A DNA stretch of 38,596 nucleotides from Clostridia bacterium (GCA_900771185.1 CAAGND010000027.1:1-38596), one strand, 5' to 3'. Numbered from the stretch's first letter, positions 9,662 through 20,247 are shown. The notes: generated by a model from the letters alone, not told the origin. A program made the numbers and translations.

Positions 9662-9696
9662 AATCCCGATGTTACCCACGAAAGGAATTTGACAGC

Positions 9697-11073
9697 ATGA
9701 GTTTTTCACAGCTTCACGAGGAATGCGGTGTATTCGGAATATACGGCGATTCTGATATTGATCCCGCCAGAGCCGTTTACCTCGGATTATATGCGCTTCA
9801 GCATCGCGGACAGGAGAGCTGCGGCATCGCCGTGAGCGACATGGGCGTTATAGATTTCCACAAGGATATGGGACTTGTCGGAGAAGTTTTCGACGAGAGC
9901 GTGCTCGACAAGCTCAAAGGACAGATCGCGATAGGGCATGTCCGATATTCAACTGCCGGCGGCTCGCTGGCTGAAAACAGCCAGCCGATAGTTCTGCGAT
10001 ATGCCAAAGGCAGACTCGCCATTGCGCACAACGGCAACATAGTCAACGCCGATGAAATAAGAGATTCACTCGCTGAGAGCGGAGCTATGTTTCAGACGAC
10101 AGCCGACTCGGAGCTTATCGCCCAGGTAATTGCCAAGCACCGCACAAAAACCGGCAGCATCGAGGAGGCACTGGTCAGCGCCATGCCTCAGATAAAAGGC
10201 GCATACTGTGTGCTTGTCATGAGCCCGAGAAAGCTTATCGCCGCGAGAGATCCCATGGGCTTCCGTCCGCTTGTCATCGGCAAGCTGCGCGGCTCATACA
10301 TTATAGCCTCCGAGACCTGCGCCCTTGACGCCGTCAAAGCGGAGTTTGTGCGTGATGTTGAGCCGGGCGAGGTTGTTGTCGTCGACAGCTGGGGGCTGCA
10401 TTCAATAAAAGCCAACTGCCCGAAGGATAAAACGTCACGCAGAATATGTATTTTTGAATATATCTACTTTGCCCGTCCGGACAGCGTTGTTGACGGCGTT
10501 GAGGTACACTCGTCCCGCATGAAAGCCGGTGAATTGCTGGCAAAACAGCATCCGGTCGAGGCCGATATAGTGATCCCCGTGCCGGACTCGGGAATTGACG
10601 CCGCGATAGGATATTCCCGTGAGAGCGGCATACCCTACGGAATGGGCTTTGTCCGCAACAATTATGTCGGCAGAACCTTTATAAAACCCGACCAGCAGAT
10701 GCGCCGGGAGAGTATCGACATAAAGCTCACGGCAATGTCCCAGAGCGTAAAAGGCAAGAGGGTTATAATGGTCGATGACTCCATCGTCAGAGGTTCGACA
10801 AGTGCGAATATCATCCGTCTGCTCAAAAAGGCGGGAGCCACGGAGGTTCATGTGCGCATCAGCTCACCGACCTTGCATTGGCCATGCTATTACGGCACAG
10901 ACATTCCCACCCGTGAGGAACTGACCTCTAACCACAACACAGTCGATCAGCTCTGCAAGCTGATAGGTGCTGACTCGCTGGGCTTTTTGAGCAAGGATAG
11001 TCTCGGTGAGCTCATCGGCGCAGACTGCAAGACCTACTGCGACGCCTGTTTTACAGGCGACTATCCGATTTAA
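9697..11073 (+). CDS. purF: Amidophosphoribosyltransferase
   Basis: EECGVFG, LQHRGQES, GHVRYST, VDDSIVRGST, PCYYGTD, C-terminal CDACF. Confidence 0.97.
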   Translation: MSFSQLHEECGVFGIYGDSDIDPARAVYLGLYALQHRGQESCGIAVSDMGVIDFHKDMGLVGEVFDESVLDKLKGQIAIGHVRYSTAGGSLAENSQPIVLRYAKGRLAIAHNGNIVNADEIRDSLAESGAMFQTTADSELIAQVIAKHRTKTGSIEEALVSAMPQIKGAYCVLVMSPRKLIAARDPMGFRPLVIGKLRGSYIIASETCALDAVKAEFVRDVEPGEVVVVDSWGLHSIKANCPKDKTSRRICIFEYIYFARPDSVVDGVEVHSSRMKAGELLAKQHPVEADIVIPVPDSGIDAAIGYSRESGIPYGMGFVRNNYVGRTFIKPDQQMRRESIDIKLTAMSQSVKGKRVIMVDDSIVRGSTSANIIRLLKKAGATEVHVRISSPTLHWPCYYGTDIPTREELTSNHNTVDQLCKLIGADSLGFLSKDSLGELIGADCKTYCDACFTGDYPI

Positions 11074-11125
11074 AGCAGAACAGAAACCAAAGATGTTTGA
11101 GGATTCACACCGAAGGAGCATTAAT

Positions 11126-12064
11126 ATGGGGCTTTTTAAACGCATTAACCAAGGCTTGAAAAAAACGAGAGAAAACATGTCAGTCGCCATCGACTCGATG
11201 TTCCACGGCAAGACCGAGATTGATGAGGAGTTTTACGAGGAGCTTGAAGAGATTCTCGTAATGGGCGATGTGGGCGTCAAAACAGCTATGGAGATAACCG
11301 AAAAGCTCCGCGAGCGTGTGGCAAAAAAGCATCTGAAGAAGCCCGATGAAGTTAAAGCGGCGATAAAAGATATCGTTGCGGAGCTTCTTGAGGGCGGTGA
11401 GGAGATGAATCTTGTCACCATTCCCGCAGTTATACTTGTGATAGGCGTCAACGGCGTGGGCAAAACCACCTCGATAGGCAAGCTTGCCGCCATGTACAAG
11501 GAGCAGGGCAAAAAGGTCATACTCGCCGCAGCCGACACTTTTCGCGCCGCCGCCATTGAACAGCTCGAAGAGTGGGCAAACCGCGCGGGTGTTGACATAG
11601 TTAAACACCGTGAGGGCGCGGATCCCGCCGCCGTTATTTATGACACCATTCAGGCGGGTATCGCCCGTGATGCGGATATAATAATCTGCGACACTGCCGG
11701 CAGACTTCACAACAAGAAAAATCTTATGGACGAGCTTGCAAAAATTTACCGCGTTATCGACCGCGAGCTGCCATACAGTGACCGTGAAAGCCTGCTTGTG
11801 CTCGACGCTACAACCGGTCAGAACGCCGTAAATCAGGCAAAAGAGTTCAAGAATGTTGCCGAAATAACAGGCATAATTCTCACAAAGCTTGACGGCACAG
11901 CAAAGGGCGGCGTTGTGCTCAACATAAAAAATGAGCTCGGCGTTCCTGTAAAATTTGTCGGCGTCGGAGAGAAGATAGACGACCTGCGTCCATTCAATCC
12001 TCAGGCATTTGCAGATGGTCTGTTTGACGCGGATACCGATGACGATGACGAAACCGAGGAATAA
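11126..12064 (+). CDS. ftsY: SRP receptor FtsY
   Basis: [40 protein letters not shown] before ATG 11126. Confidence 0.97.
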   Translation: MGLFKRINQGLKKTRENMSVAIDSMFHGKTEIDEEFYEELEEILVMGDVGVKTAMEITEKLRERVAKKHLKKPDEVKAAIKDIVAELLEGGEEMNLVTIPAVILVIGVNGVGKTTSIGKLAAMYKEQGKKVILAAADTFRAAAIEQLEEWANRAGVDIVKHREGADPAAVIYDTIQAGIARDADIIICDTAGRLHNKKNLMDELAKIYRVIDRELPYSDRESLLVLDATTGQNAVNQAKEFKNVAEITGIILTKLDGTAKGGVVLNIKNELGVPVKFVGVGEKIDDLRPFNPQAFADGLFDADTDDDDETEE

Positions 12065-12079
12065 TTGAGAGGACAGCAC

Positions 12080-12676
12080 ATGGATTTTCTTATAGCTACA
12101 CATAATATGAAAAAGCGGGACGAGCTCAGCCGCATTTTGAAGCCTGTCGGCGTGCGTGTTTTGCTCGCCGAGGAGGCCGGCGTTGACCTCACTGATGTTG
12201 AGGAAACCGGCACAACCTTTGAGGAGAACGCCTTTTTGAAGGCACAGAGCGGCTGTCTCGAGAGCGGCATGCCCTGCATTGCGGACGATTCCGGACTTGC
12301 GGTTGATGCGCTTGACGGCGCACCCGGAGTTTTTTCGGCACGATATTCGGGTGAACACGGCAACGATGACAAAAACAATGAGCTGTTGCTTGAGAACCTT
12401 AAAGATGTTCCCATGGAACGGCGCACCGCACGTTTCGTATCGGCTGTCTGCTGTGTTTTCCCCGATGGCAGAAAAATTACAGTCAGAGGAGAATGCAAGG
12501 GTAAAATAGCTTTTGATTTAAAGGGTAACGGCGGCTTCGGATATGACCCGCTGTTTCTGCCCGAGGAGTATGAGGGCAAGACTATGGCACAGCTCACACC
12601 CGAGGAGAAGGACGCCATAAGCCACAGGGGCAAGGCGCTCCGGCTTTTGAGCAAAAAACTGGAGGAGATTTTATGA
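12080..12676 (+). CDS. rdgB: Non-canonical purine NTP pyrophosphatase (Ham1/RdgB)
   Basis: ATHN..K, ENA..KA, ADDSGL, GFGYDPLF, ISHRGKA. Confidence 0.95.
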   Translation: MDFLIATHNMKKRDELSRILKPVGVRVLLAEEAGVDLTDVEETGTTFEENAFLKAQSGCLESGMPCIADDSGLAVDALDGAPGVFSARYSGEHGNDDKNNELLLENLKDVPMERRTARFVSAVCCVFPDGRKITVRGECKGKIAFDLKGNGGFGYDPLFLPEEYEGKTMAQLTPEEKDAISHRGKALRLLSKKLEEIL

Positions 12677-13116
12677 CGAGCAAAGAGAGAGCTGCGCTGC
12701 GTGCGCAGGCAAACAGCCTTGAACCGCTGTTTCAGGTTGGCAAAGGCGGAGTAAACGACGCACTCATCGCCCAGACTGAAGATGCTTTCCGCACTCGTGA
12801 GCTTCTGAAGCTCAAGGTTCTTCTTGAGACCGCTCCAAAGCCTCCGAAAGAGATTGCCGAGGAAATAGCGCGCGCAACAAATTCACAGGTGGTTCAGGTT
12901 GTCGGCGGCAGCATGATTTTTTATCGCGAGAATCCTGAGCTTCGCGACCCTGCGCCCAAGAAAAACACCAAAAGCTCCAAGAACACAATAAAAGGAACAA
13001 AGAACCCCAACCGCCGCTCGGTGAGGGTGGCCAAGGCCAAGAAGGCGGCGGCAGAACGCAAAACCGCTGCCATCCGCAAGGCACAGCGCAACCAGCGCAG
13101 AAATGCGGACGTGTGA
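12673..13116 (+). CDS. yhbY: YhbY/CRM-domain RNA-binding protein with basic C-terminal extension
   Basis: TSKERAALRAQA..L.P..QVGKGG, ELLKLKVL, VVQVVG...IFYR. Confidence 0.9.
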   Translation: MTSKERAALRAQANSLEPLFQVGKGGVNDALIAQTEDAFRTRELLKLKVLLETAPKPPKEIAEEIARATNSQVVQVVGGSMIFYRENPELRDPAPKKNTKSSKNTIKGTKNPNRRSVRVAKAKKAAAERKTAAIRKAQRNQRRNADV

Positions 13117-13278
13117 GGCATCTATAAGATTATTAAGACTCGCTTTTTTCGAAGGTTCTCTGAAAAAAGCTCTTTGACCGCAATACAGATATAATGTAGC
13201 TATGAGTATATCTTTTTCCACCGGATATACTATGATGTAAAGTGACTTTTCCCGACTTGAAAAAAACGGTAAAAAAGC

Positions 13279-13307
13279 TTTACAAAATCAAATCGCTCTG
13301 TTATAAT
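13279..13307 (+). promoter_or_regulatory. SigA-type promoter of rpsO
   Basis: TTTACA-17 nt-(TGn)TATAAT with an A-rich upstream tract. Confidence 0.75.
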
Positions 13308-13310
13308 ATG

Positions 13311-13410
13311 TTTGTATGTGTCCGCTTCTCGGCATATGGATTAAACCGCAAAGCGGTTATCACCTGCCTTATGCTGGGTTTCGGAGCAAATAATAAAATG
13401 AGGTGAAAAA
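13311..13410 (+). promoter_or_regulatory. Structured rpsO 5' leader (candidate S15 autoregulatory RNA)
   Basis: Nested stems tccg/cgga, ctcggcata/tatgctggg and aaccgc/gcggtt between the promoter and the RBS. Confidence 0.55.
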
Positions 13411-13411
13411 C

Positions 13412-13675
13412 ATGACACAGGCTGAAAAAACCGCAATTATGCAGGAGTATGCCCGCCATGAAGGCGACACAGGTTCCCCCGAGGTTCAGATTGCTGTTCT
13501 GACGAAGAGAATCAAGGACCTCACTGAGCATCTCAAGGAGCATCCGAAGGATCACCATTCACGCAGAGGTCTGCTTAAAATGGTCGGTCACAGACGTAAC
13601 CTTCTGGCATACCTTCAGAAAATCGATATTGAGCGTTACCGTTCAATCATCGCCAGACTTGGTATCCGTAAATAA
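13412..13675 (+). CDS. rpsO: 30S ribosomal protein S15
   Basis: [35 protein letters not shown]. Confidence 0.98.
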   Translation: MTQAEKTAIMQEYARHEGDTGSPEVQIAVLTKRIKDLTEHLKEHPKDHHSRRGLLKMVGHRRNLLAYLQKIDIERYRSIIARLGIRK

Positions 13676-13685
13676 TTGCACACCG

Positions 13686-13716
13686 AGCAGGCAGGAACCT
13701 TTTCTGCCTGCTTTTC
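13686..13716 (+). terminator. Intrinsic terminator after rpsO
   Basis: agcaggcag/ctgcctgct stem followed by TTTC. Confidence 0.75.
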
Positions 13717-13731
13717 TCACTTTTCAATCGG

Positions 13732-13807
13732 CAGGCTGAACGGTTTTAGCAGTGAATCGGGGCTCCGAATTTCGGGGAACGGATTTATTGCTAAGTCCGC
13801 GAGCCTG
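13732..13807 (+). promoter_or_regulatory. Long stem-loop in pnp leader (candidate RNase III site)
   Basis: caggct/agcctg, ttagcagtgaatc/gatttattgctaa (with G-U pairs) and ctccga/tcgggg. Confidence 0.55.
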
Positions 13808-13834
13808 TGGAAATAAAATCAAAGAGGTAAAAAA

Positions 13835-16045
13835 ATGTTTGAAGGCTTCAAAAAATTTGAAACAGAAATTGCCGGCAGACCTTTTGTCGTAGAAGTCGGC
13901 AAGATGGCGCAGCTTGCAGGCGGCTCGTGCCTTGTTCGCTACGGCGAAACAAACGTGCTTTGCACTGCCACAATGGCTGCAAAGCCCAGAGAGGGTGTTG
14001 ATTTCTTCCCCCTTTCCGTTGACTTTGAGGAAAAGCTCTATTCCGTGGGCAGAATTCCCGGCTCTTTCCAGCGCCGTGAGGGCAGAGCGAGCGAGAAAGC
14101 AACTCTTGCATCAAGAGTTATTGACAGACCTATCCGCCCCCTTTTCCCGAAGGATATGAGAAACGATGTGGGCGTTGTTGCTACTGTCATGTCGGTTGAC
14201 CCTGACTGCCAGCCCGAAATTGCCGCTATGCTCGGTGTTTCCATAGCGCTTTCTATCTCAGAGATTCCGTGGGACGGCCCGATTTCCGGTGTCAGCGTCG
14301 GTCTTATCGACGGCGAATATGTTATTAACCCCACCGAGGCTCAGCGTGAAGTGAGCCGTATGGCTGTCACCGTTGCTTCCACCTCAGACCTTGTCGCTAT
14401 GATTGAGGCGGGCGCTAAAGAAGTTACAAACGATGAGATGTATGACGGCATCATGTTCGCCCACAAGGAGAATCAGCGCATAGTTGAGTTCATCAAGGGT
14501 ATTCAGGCAGAAGTGGGCAAGGAGAAGGTCTCCTTCCCGTCAAACGATCCTGATCCTGAGATGTATGAAGCAATAAAGGACTTCTCTATTGAGGATATCC
14601 GTGTTGCTCTTGACACGGATGACAAGCGTGTCCGCGATGAGCGTCTCAAGCCCATCTATGACAGCGTGCACGAGAAATTTGACGAAATCTATCCGGACGA
14701 TATCGCGAAAATTGACGACTGTCTCTATAAAACTCAGAAGTACGTTGTCCGCCGCTGGCTTCTTGATGACGGCAAGCGCGTTGACGGAAGAGGAATTGAC
14801 GAGATTCGTCCCCTCGCTGCTGAAGTCGATCTGCTTGACAGAGTTCACGGTTCCGGCATGTTCACCAGAGGTCAGACCCAGGTGCTCACCGTTACCACGC
14901 TCGGTCCCATGAGTGATGCTCAGATTCTTGACGGCATTGACAATGAGGAGTCAAAGCGCTATATGCATCACTACAACTTCCCCTCATATTCAGTCGGTGA
15001 GACAAAGCCCTCCAGAGGTCCCGGCAGACGTGAAATCGGTCACGGCGCTCTCGCTGAGCGTGCGCTCCTGCCCGTCATTCCGAGTGTTGAGGAGTTCCCC
15101 TACTGCATCCGCCTTGTTTCTGAGGTTCTTTCCTCCAACGGTTCAACCTCGCAGGCTTCAATCTGTGGTTCAACCCTTTCGCTTATGGCTGCCGGCGTTC
15201 CTATTAAGGCTCCCGTTGCGGGTATTTCCTGTGGCCTTGTCACAGAGGGCGACCGCTTCATGACAATGGTTGATATTCAGGGTCTTGAGGACTTTTTCGG
15301 CGACATGGACTTCAAGGTCGGCGGCACAAAGAAGGGTATCACCGCCATTCAGATGGACCTTAAGGTTCACGGTCTTACCCCTGCTATTATCCGTGAGGCT
15401 CTTGACAAGACTTACAAAGCAAGATGCTATATTCTTGACGAGGTTATGCTTCCTGTTATCTCTGAACCCAGAGCTGAACTTTCAAAATATGCGCCCAAGA
15501 TGCTCACCACAAAGATTGACGTTGAGAAAATCGGTGACGTCATCGGCAAGCAGGGCAAGGTCATTCAGAAGATCTGCGCTGAGTGCAACTGCAAGGTTGA
15601 TGTTGAGGAGGACGGAACAATTTATATCTCCGCTATCGACATTGACGATGCGAAGCGTGCGCTCAACATGGTTGAAACCATCGCAAACGACCCTGAGGTC
15701 GGTGCTATTTACAAGGGTGTTGTCACCCGTCTGATGGACTTCGGCGCGTTTGTCGAGATTGCTCCCGGCAAGGAGGGTCTTGTCCACATCAGTCACCTCG
15801 ATGTCAAGCGCACAGAGAGAGTTGAAGATGTTGTCGCTGTCGGCGACGAGGTCATTGTCAAGGTTCGCGAAATCGATGACCAGGGCAGACTGAACCTCTC
15901 CCGCAGAGACGCTCTCATAGAAGTTGAGGGTCTTGTTCCGGAAAATGAGGTTTCTGACCATCCCCGCAAGCCTGCTCCCCGCAGGGACGGCAACCGCGGC
16001 AACAGAGGCGGCCGTGACGGCAACAGAGACAGAAAAAGATATTAA
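13835..16045 (+). CDS. pnp: Polyribonucleotide nucleotidyltransferase (PNPase)
   Basis: DFFPLSV, RVIDRPIRP, FTRGQTQ, RREIGHG, SNGSTS, GDMDFKV; KH and S1 domains. Confidence 0.98.
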   Translation: MFEGFKKFETEIAGRPFVVEVGKMAQLAGGSCLVRYGETNVLCTATMAAKPREGVDFFPLSVDFEEKLYSVGRIPGSFQRREGRASEKATLASRVIDRPIRPLFPKDMRNDVGVVATVMSVDPDCQPEIAAMLGVSIALSISEIPWDGPISGVSVGLIDGEYVINPTEAQREVSRMAVTVASTSDLVAMIEAGAKEVTNDEMYDGIMFAHKENQRIVEFIKGIQAEVGKEKVSFPSNDPDPEMYEAIKDFSIEDIRVALDTDDKRVRDERLKPIYDSVHEKFDEIYPDDIAKIDDCLYKTQKYVVRRWLLDDGKRVDGRGIDEIRPLAAEVDLLDRVHGSGMFTRGQTQVLTVTTLGPMSDAQILDGIDNEESKRYMHHYNFPSYSVGETKPSRGPGRREIGHGALAERALLPVIPSVEEFPYCIRLVSEVLSSNGSTSQASICGSTLSLMAAGVPIKAPVAGISCGLVTEGDRFMTMVDIQGLEDFFGDMDFKVGGTKKGITAIQMDLKVHGLTPAIIREALDKTYKARCYILDEVMLPVISEPRAELSKYAPKMLTTKIDVEKIGDVIGKQGKVIQKICAECNCKVDVEEDGTIYISAIDIDDAKRALNMVETIANDPEVGAIYKGVVTRLMDFGAFVEIAPGKEGLVHISHLDVKRTERVEDVVAVGDEVIVKVREIDDQGRLNLSRRDALIEVEGLVPENEVSDHPRKPAPRRDGNRGNRGGRDGNRDRKRY

Positions 16046-16063
16046 TAGCCTTTAAAATTTCAA

Positions 16064-16103
16064 AGTCCCGCAGAGGAAAACCTCTGCGGGACTGATTTTA
16101 TTT
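16064..16103. terminator. Terminator between convergent pnp and GNAT genes
   Basis: Perfect 13-bp stem agtcccgcagagg/cctctgcgggact with T-rich flanks on both strands. Confidence 0.85.
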
Positions 16104-16652
16104 TCAAAGAATTTTAATCATAAAGTCATAGTCCTGATATCTGCCGTCTTTGAGGCGCTGTGCATGAGGGAGAACACCGGTTTTGACAAAGCCGCATTTC
16201 TCATAAAGGTGTTTTGCCCTCTCATTCGATGAGACGACCTCCAGCTCCAGCTGCTCGAATCCGAGCTTTTGAGCATGTTTTATGCAGCTCAATGTCAGCG
16301 CTGAACCTACCCCTAAGCCCCAAAACTCCTGTAAAACACATATTCCTAATTCGGCTCGGTGATAATTTTTTATATTTTTGCCTATCGGGTTCACACCTGC
16401 CATACCAGCAAGCCTGCCGCCGACAAAGGCAGCGATCTGCACCGAGCGTCCATCTGCCAACATCCGGGCAAGAAATTGCCTCTCCGCCTCAATGTCATCG
16501 TCAACCTCTTCGGGATAGCGCGACATATTGTCTGTTTGAGAATTTGTCTTTTTTAAAAACGCTATGACCTCCTGTGCGTTATCCTCCTTAGGGCTGCACA
16601 GATAAGCGCTCTCACCGTTTTTGAGAGATATTGTCACCGGTTCCATAATCAT
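16104..16652 (-). CDS. GNAT family N-acetyltransferase (RimJ/RimL-like)
   Basis: HRAELGICV..EFWGLGVGSAL (acetyl-CoA motif A), LEV..NERA..LYEKCGF; GAGGTG RBS before ATG 16652. Confidence 0.9.
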   Translation of the reverse strand: MIMEPVTISLKNGESAYLCSPKEDNAQEVIAFLKKTNSQTDNMSRYPEEVDDDIEAERQFLARMLADGRSVQIAAFVGGRLAGMAGVNPIGKNIKNYHRAELGICVLQEFWGLGVGSALTLSCIKHAQKLGFEQLELEVVSSNERAKHLYEKCGFVKTGVLPHAQRLKDGRYQDYDFMIKIL

Positions 16653-16681
16653 GTTTTTCACCTCTTGCCAACAGTATAGCA

Positions 16682-16715
16682 CAACACCACCTGAAATACA
16701 AATCAGGTGGTGTTG
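16682..16715 (-). terminator. Hairpin after rplQ (end of ribosomal protein cluster)
   Basis: 13-bp inverted repeat caacaccacctga/tcaggtggtgttg; weak U-tract. Confidence 0.6.
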
Positions 16716-16737
16716 ATTGATAAGCTTTAACTCAGGC

Positions 16738-17079
16738 TCAGACAAGCTCGATGATGCACATCTCTGCTGCGTCTCCCCTGCGGGGACCTGTTTTGATTAT
16801 GCGGCAGTAACCGCCGTTGACATCCTTATATTTGGGGGCAATCTCATCAAAGAGCTTCTTGACAACGTCCTCTTTAGTAACATATGCCATGACCTTGCGC
16901 TTTGAGTGGAGAGAATCGTCCTTGGCGATGGTGATCATCTTTTCCGCCATGGCGCGAACCTCTTTGGCCCTTGTAACGGTGGTTTCAATTCTGCCGTTCT
17001 CTAAAAGATATGTCACCATACCTCTGAGCATAGAAATACGGTGGTCCGTAGTTCTGCCAAGTTTTCTGGTTCCGGGCAT
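16738..17079 (-). CDS. rplQ: 50S ribosomal protein L17
   Basis: [39 protein letters not shown]. Confidence 0.98.
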   Translation of the reverse strand: MPGTRKLGRTTDHRISMLRGMVTYLLENGRIETTVTRAKEVRAMAEKMITIAKDDSLHSKRKVMAYVTKEDVVKKLFDEIAPKYKDVNGGYCRIIKTGPRRGDAAEMCIIELV

Positions 17080-17110
17080 TACAATCACACTCCTTTACCG
17101 TAAGTGGGTC

Positions 17111-18061
17111 TTATTCCTCTTCCTTGCTGAGGCTGAGATTCATCGATTTGAGTTTCGCGATAACCTCATCAAGGGACTTTCTTCCGAGGTTGCGGACTTT
17201 CATCATGTCCTCCTCGGTCTTGTTGATCAAATCTTCAACAGTGTTAATGCCGGCTCTCTTCAGACAGTTGAAGGAACGCACAGACAGGTCAAGCTCCTCA
17301 ATAGTCATCTCCAGGACTTTTTCCTTGCCGTTGTCGCTCTTGACAACCATAATCTCTGTGTCATAGGCCTCATCTGAGAGGTCGCCGAAGAGACTGAGAT
17401 GCTCGTTGAGGATCTTGGCACCAAGGGATACGGCTTCCATCGCATGGATGGTACCGTCTGTCCACACCTCAAGCGTGAGCTTATCAAGGTCTGTCACATG
17501 ACCTACGCGGGTGTTTTCGACTGTGTAGTTGACCTTTAACACGGGTGAATAAATCGAATCAATCGCAATGACGCCTATTGTCGGCGGGAACTTCTCCTTA
17601 TTGCGCTCCGCTGAATAATAGCCTCTGCCCTTGTCACACACAAGCTCCATGTGAACGTTGGCTGTGCTGTCAAGCGTAGCAATGTGGAGATCCGGATTGA
17701 GGATTTCAACCTCCGAGTCCGTCTGGATGCTGCCCGCGGTGATTTCACATTCGCCGGAAGCATCAATATAGATAGTTTTCGGACCGTCGCCGTGAATCTT
17801 CAGTATGACATCCTTGAGGTTAAGAACAATCTCGGTAACATCTTCTTTGACGCCGGGAATTGTTGAAAACTCATGCAGAATACCGTCAATCTTGACTGAG
17901 ATAATAGCGTAGCCCGGGAGTGATGAGAGAAGGACACGTCTGAGCGAATTGCCGAGAGTCGTTCCGTAACCTCTCTCAAGGGGTTCTACGATAAACTTGC
18001 CGTAAGTTCCGTCCTGCAAAAGGTCGGCAGTTTCTATCTTGGGCTTCTCGATTCCAATCAT
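17111..18061 (-). CDS. rpoA: RNA polymerase subunit alpha
   Basis: [45 protein letters not shown]. Confidence 0.98.
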   Translation of the reverse strand: MIGIEKPKIETADLLQDGTYGKFIVEPLERGYGTTLGNSLRRVLLSSLPGYAIISVKIDGILHEFSTIPGVKEDVTEIVLNLKDVILKIHGDGPKTIYIDASGECEITAGSIQTDSEVEILNPDLHIATLDSTANVHMELVCDKGRGYYSAERNKEKFPPTIGVIAIDSIYSPVLKVNYTVENTRVGHVTDLDKLTLEVWTDGTIHAMEAVSLGAKILNEHLSLFGDLSDEAYDTEIMVVKSDNGKEKVLEMTIEELDLSVRSFNCLKRAGINTVEDLINKTEEDMMKVRNLGRKSLDEVIAKLKSMNLSLSKEEE

Positions 18062-18136
18062 TCAAAACCCTCCTTTTTATAAAACGCGGCAAAGCCGCTT
18101 AAAAAGCGTTCCCCGAAATGACACCTTCAGGCGGCA

Positions 18137-18763
18137 TTACTTCGAGTAGAACTCAACGATAAGATGCTCTTCAACGGGAGCCATGATCTGGTCTCTCTCA
18201 GGCATAGCTGCTACCTTTGCGGAGAAGTTCTCAGCATCAGCCTCAAGCCATGCGGGAACGGGACGCGAGGCGTTGGTCTCAAGGACAGCCTTGATCTTGT
18301 CGCTCTCCCTGCTCTTTTCCTTGATGGAAACAACATCGCCGACTTTAAGAAGATATGACGGGATATCAACTTTCTTACCGTTTACTTTATAGTGGCCGTG
18401 AACAACGAGCTGCCTTGCTTCCGCTCTGGAGTTAGCCCAGCCGAGAAGATAGACAACATTGTCCAATCTGCTCTCGCAGATGCGAAGAAGGTTTTCACCT
18501 GTTACGCCCTGCTTGCGCTCAGCCATGAGGAAATACTTGTGGAACTGGCCTTCCTGAATACCGTAATAACGTCTTGCCTGCTGCTTAGCTCTGAGCTGCA
18601 GACCGTATTCAGAGGTCTTTTTGCGGCTCTGACCATGCTGACCGGGAGCATATGAACGGCGATCGACCGAGCACTTTGTGCTGTAGCAGCGCTCACCCTT
18701 GAGGTAGAGCTTCTTGCCCTCGCGGCGGCACAGTTTGCAAACCGCACCTGTATATCTTGCCAT
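18137..18763 (-). CDS. rpsD: 30S ribosomal protein S4
   Basis: [34 protein letters not shown]. Confidence 0.98.
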   Translation of the reverse strand: MARYTGAVCKLCRREGKKLYLKGERCYSTKCSVDRRSYAPGQHGQSRKKTSEYGLQLRAKQQARRYYGIQEGQFHKYFLMAERKQGVTGENLLRICESRLDNVVYLLGWANSRAEARQLVVHGHYKVNGKKVDIPSYLLKVGDVVSIKEKSRESDKIKAVLETNASRPVPAWLEADAENFSAKVAAMPERDQIMAPVEEHLIVEFYSK

Positions 18764-18787
18764 GTGTTACACCTCCTAAGATTTTGG

Positions 18788-19195
18788 TTACACGCGCCTT
18801 CTTTTTGGCGGGCGGCAGCCATTGTGGGGAATGGGAGTCGAATCCTTGATAAGGCTGACTTCAAGACCCGCTGTCTGCAGCGCTCTTATAGCGGCTTCTC
18901 TGCCGGCTCCGGGACCCTTAACATAAACCTCAACCGTCTTCATACCGTGCTCCATAGCAGCCTTGGCAGCTGTCTCCGCAGCGGTCTGTGCGGCAAAGGG
19001 AGTGGATTTTCTCGATCCTCTGAAGCCCATCTCACCGGCGCTTGCCCAGGAAACAGCGTTACCCTGAGTGTCGGTAATAGTGACGATGGTGTTGTTAAAG
19101 GTGGATTGGATATGGACTGCACCGCGCTCAATGTTCTTGCGCTCTTTGCGTCTGCGGGTGCCTGTTGCTTTTTTGCCGGAAACTTTTGTAGCCAT
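18788..19195 (-). CDS. rpsK: 30S ribosomal protein S11
   Basis: [33 protein letters not shown]; start at MATKV after GGAGG. Confidence 0.98.
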   Translation of the reverse strand: MATKVSGKKATGTRRRKERKNIERGAVHIQSTFNNTIVTITDTQGNAVSWASAGEMGFRGSRKSTPFAAQTAAETAAKAAMEHGMKTVEVYVKGPGAGREAAIRALQTAGLEVSLIKDSTPIPHNGCRPPKRRRV

Positions 19196-19211
19196 ATTAT
19201 CCCTCCTTGAA

Positions 19212-19580
19212 TTACTTCTTCTTGTTTGCAATGGTCTTCTTCGGACCCTTGCGTGTACGGGCATTTGTCTTGGAACGCTGGCCTCTTACGGGCAGACCCT
19301 TGCGGTGACGTACACCGCGGTAGCAGCCGATTTCAACGAGTCTCTTGATATCGAAAGCAGTTTCGCGGCGGAGATCGCCCTCAACCTTGCAGTTGTGGTC
19401 GATATACTCACGAAGCTTTGAAACATCGTCCTCGGAAAGATCCTTGACTCTGGTGTCGGGATTTATTCCGGTTGCTGCGATAATATCTTTTGCGGTTTTC
19501 AGACCGATACCGTAGATATAAGTCAGAGCGATTTCAACTCTCTTATCTCTCGGCAGGTCAACACCTGAAATTCGCGCCAT
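19212..19580 (-). CDS. rpsM: 30S ribosomal protein S13
   Basis: [34 protein letters not shown]. Confidence 0.98.
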   Translation of the reverse strand: MARISGVDLPRDKRVEIALTYIYGIGLKTAKDIIAATGINPDTRVKDLSEDDVSKLREYIDHNCKVEGDLRRETAFDIKRLVEIGCYRGVRHRKGLPVRGQRSKTNARTRKGPKKTIANKKK

Positions 19581-19616
19581 TTGTCAGTTGCACCTCCATT
19601 GAATGGTTTGCGTCGG

Positions 19617-19730
19617 TTATCCCTGACGCTGCTTGTGCTTGGGATTTTCACAGATGACCATTACTTTTCCCTTGCGCTTGATAATCTTACATTTTTCACA
19701 CATTTTTTTGACAGAAGGTCTGACTTTCAT
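19617..19730 (-). CDS. rpmJ: 50S ribosomal protein L36
   Basis: Hand-translated [37 protein letters not shown]. Confidence 0.97.
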   Translation of the reverse strand: MKVRPSVKKMCEKCKIIKRKGKVMVICENPKHKQRQG

Positions 19731-19748
19731 TAGAATACCCTCCTTTAT

Positions 19749-19967
19749 CTACTTGGAACGCCATGTTATGCGACCCTTGGTCAGATCGTATGGCGACATT
19801 TCGACCGTGACCTTATCTCCCGGCAGAATTCTGATATAGTTCATTCTCAGCTTGCCGGAGATGTGGGCTAATATCTGATGACCGTTCTCCAGCTCAACCG
19901 TAAAGGTTGCGTTGGGTAACGCCTCGACTACCGTACCTTCAATTTCGATCATATCCTGCTTAGACAT
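19749..19967 (-). CDS. infA: Translation initiation factor IF-1
   Basis: [35 protein letters not shown]. Confidence 0.98.
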   Translation of the reverse strand: MSKQDMIEIEGTVVEALPNATFTVELENGHQILAHISGKLRMNYIRILPGDKVTVEMSPYDLTKGRITWRSK

Positions 19968-19978
19968 ATACTAACCTC

Positions 19979-20233
19979 CTACAATGATGCCGTTTCATCC
20001 GCTATCCGGTTGAGCGCCCTGCGAAGTCTGCCGTCAAAGGCGAGTTCGTCTTCACTTACATTAAAGCGGGTCCTCTCAACATGCTTCGGATTTTTGATTT
20101 TTGGTTTAAGGAGCCTGCGCTCCTTTCCGTCACAGACCTCGATACCCTCCGGCAAAACACGGGTGACTGCAAGCAGCCTGCCCTTGTCCCGTCCGGCAGC
20201 GGATCTGACAACGCAACCGCGTTCAAAGCTCAT
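19979..20233 (-). CDS. KOW-domain RNA-binding protein (L14e-like)
   Basis: VVRSAAGRDKG, DGKERRLLKPKIKNPKH; usual position between map and infA in Firmicutes. Confidence 0.88.
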   Translation of the reverse strand: MSFERGCVVRSAAGRDKGRLLAVTRVLPEGIEVCDGKERRLLKPKIKNPKHVERTRFNVSEDELAFDGRLRRALNRIADETASL

Positions 20234-20247
20234 CGTTCTTCCTCCGC

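Noticed and set aside
8933..9709. 258-aa minus-strand ORF
   Set aside because: Mirror frame of purC; typical shadow ORF
8954..11073. purC-purF without other pur genes; S10 cluster without upstream rpsL-rpsG-fusA-tuf
   Set aside because: Split pur and str/S10 clusters are common in Clostridia
11180..12358. 392-aa minus-strand ORF
   Set aside because: Antisense shadow of ftsY and rdgB; no recognisable motifs or RBS
13205..13231. 8-bp inverted repeat agtatatc/gatatact upstream of the rpsO promoter
   Set aside because: AT-rich and short; no recognised operator or supporting context
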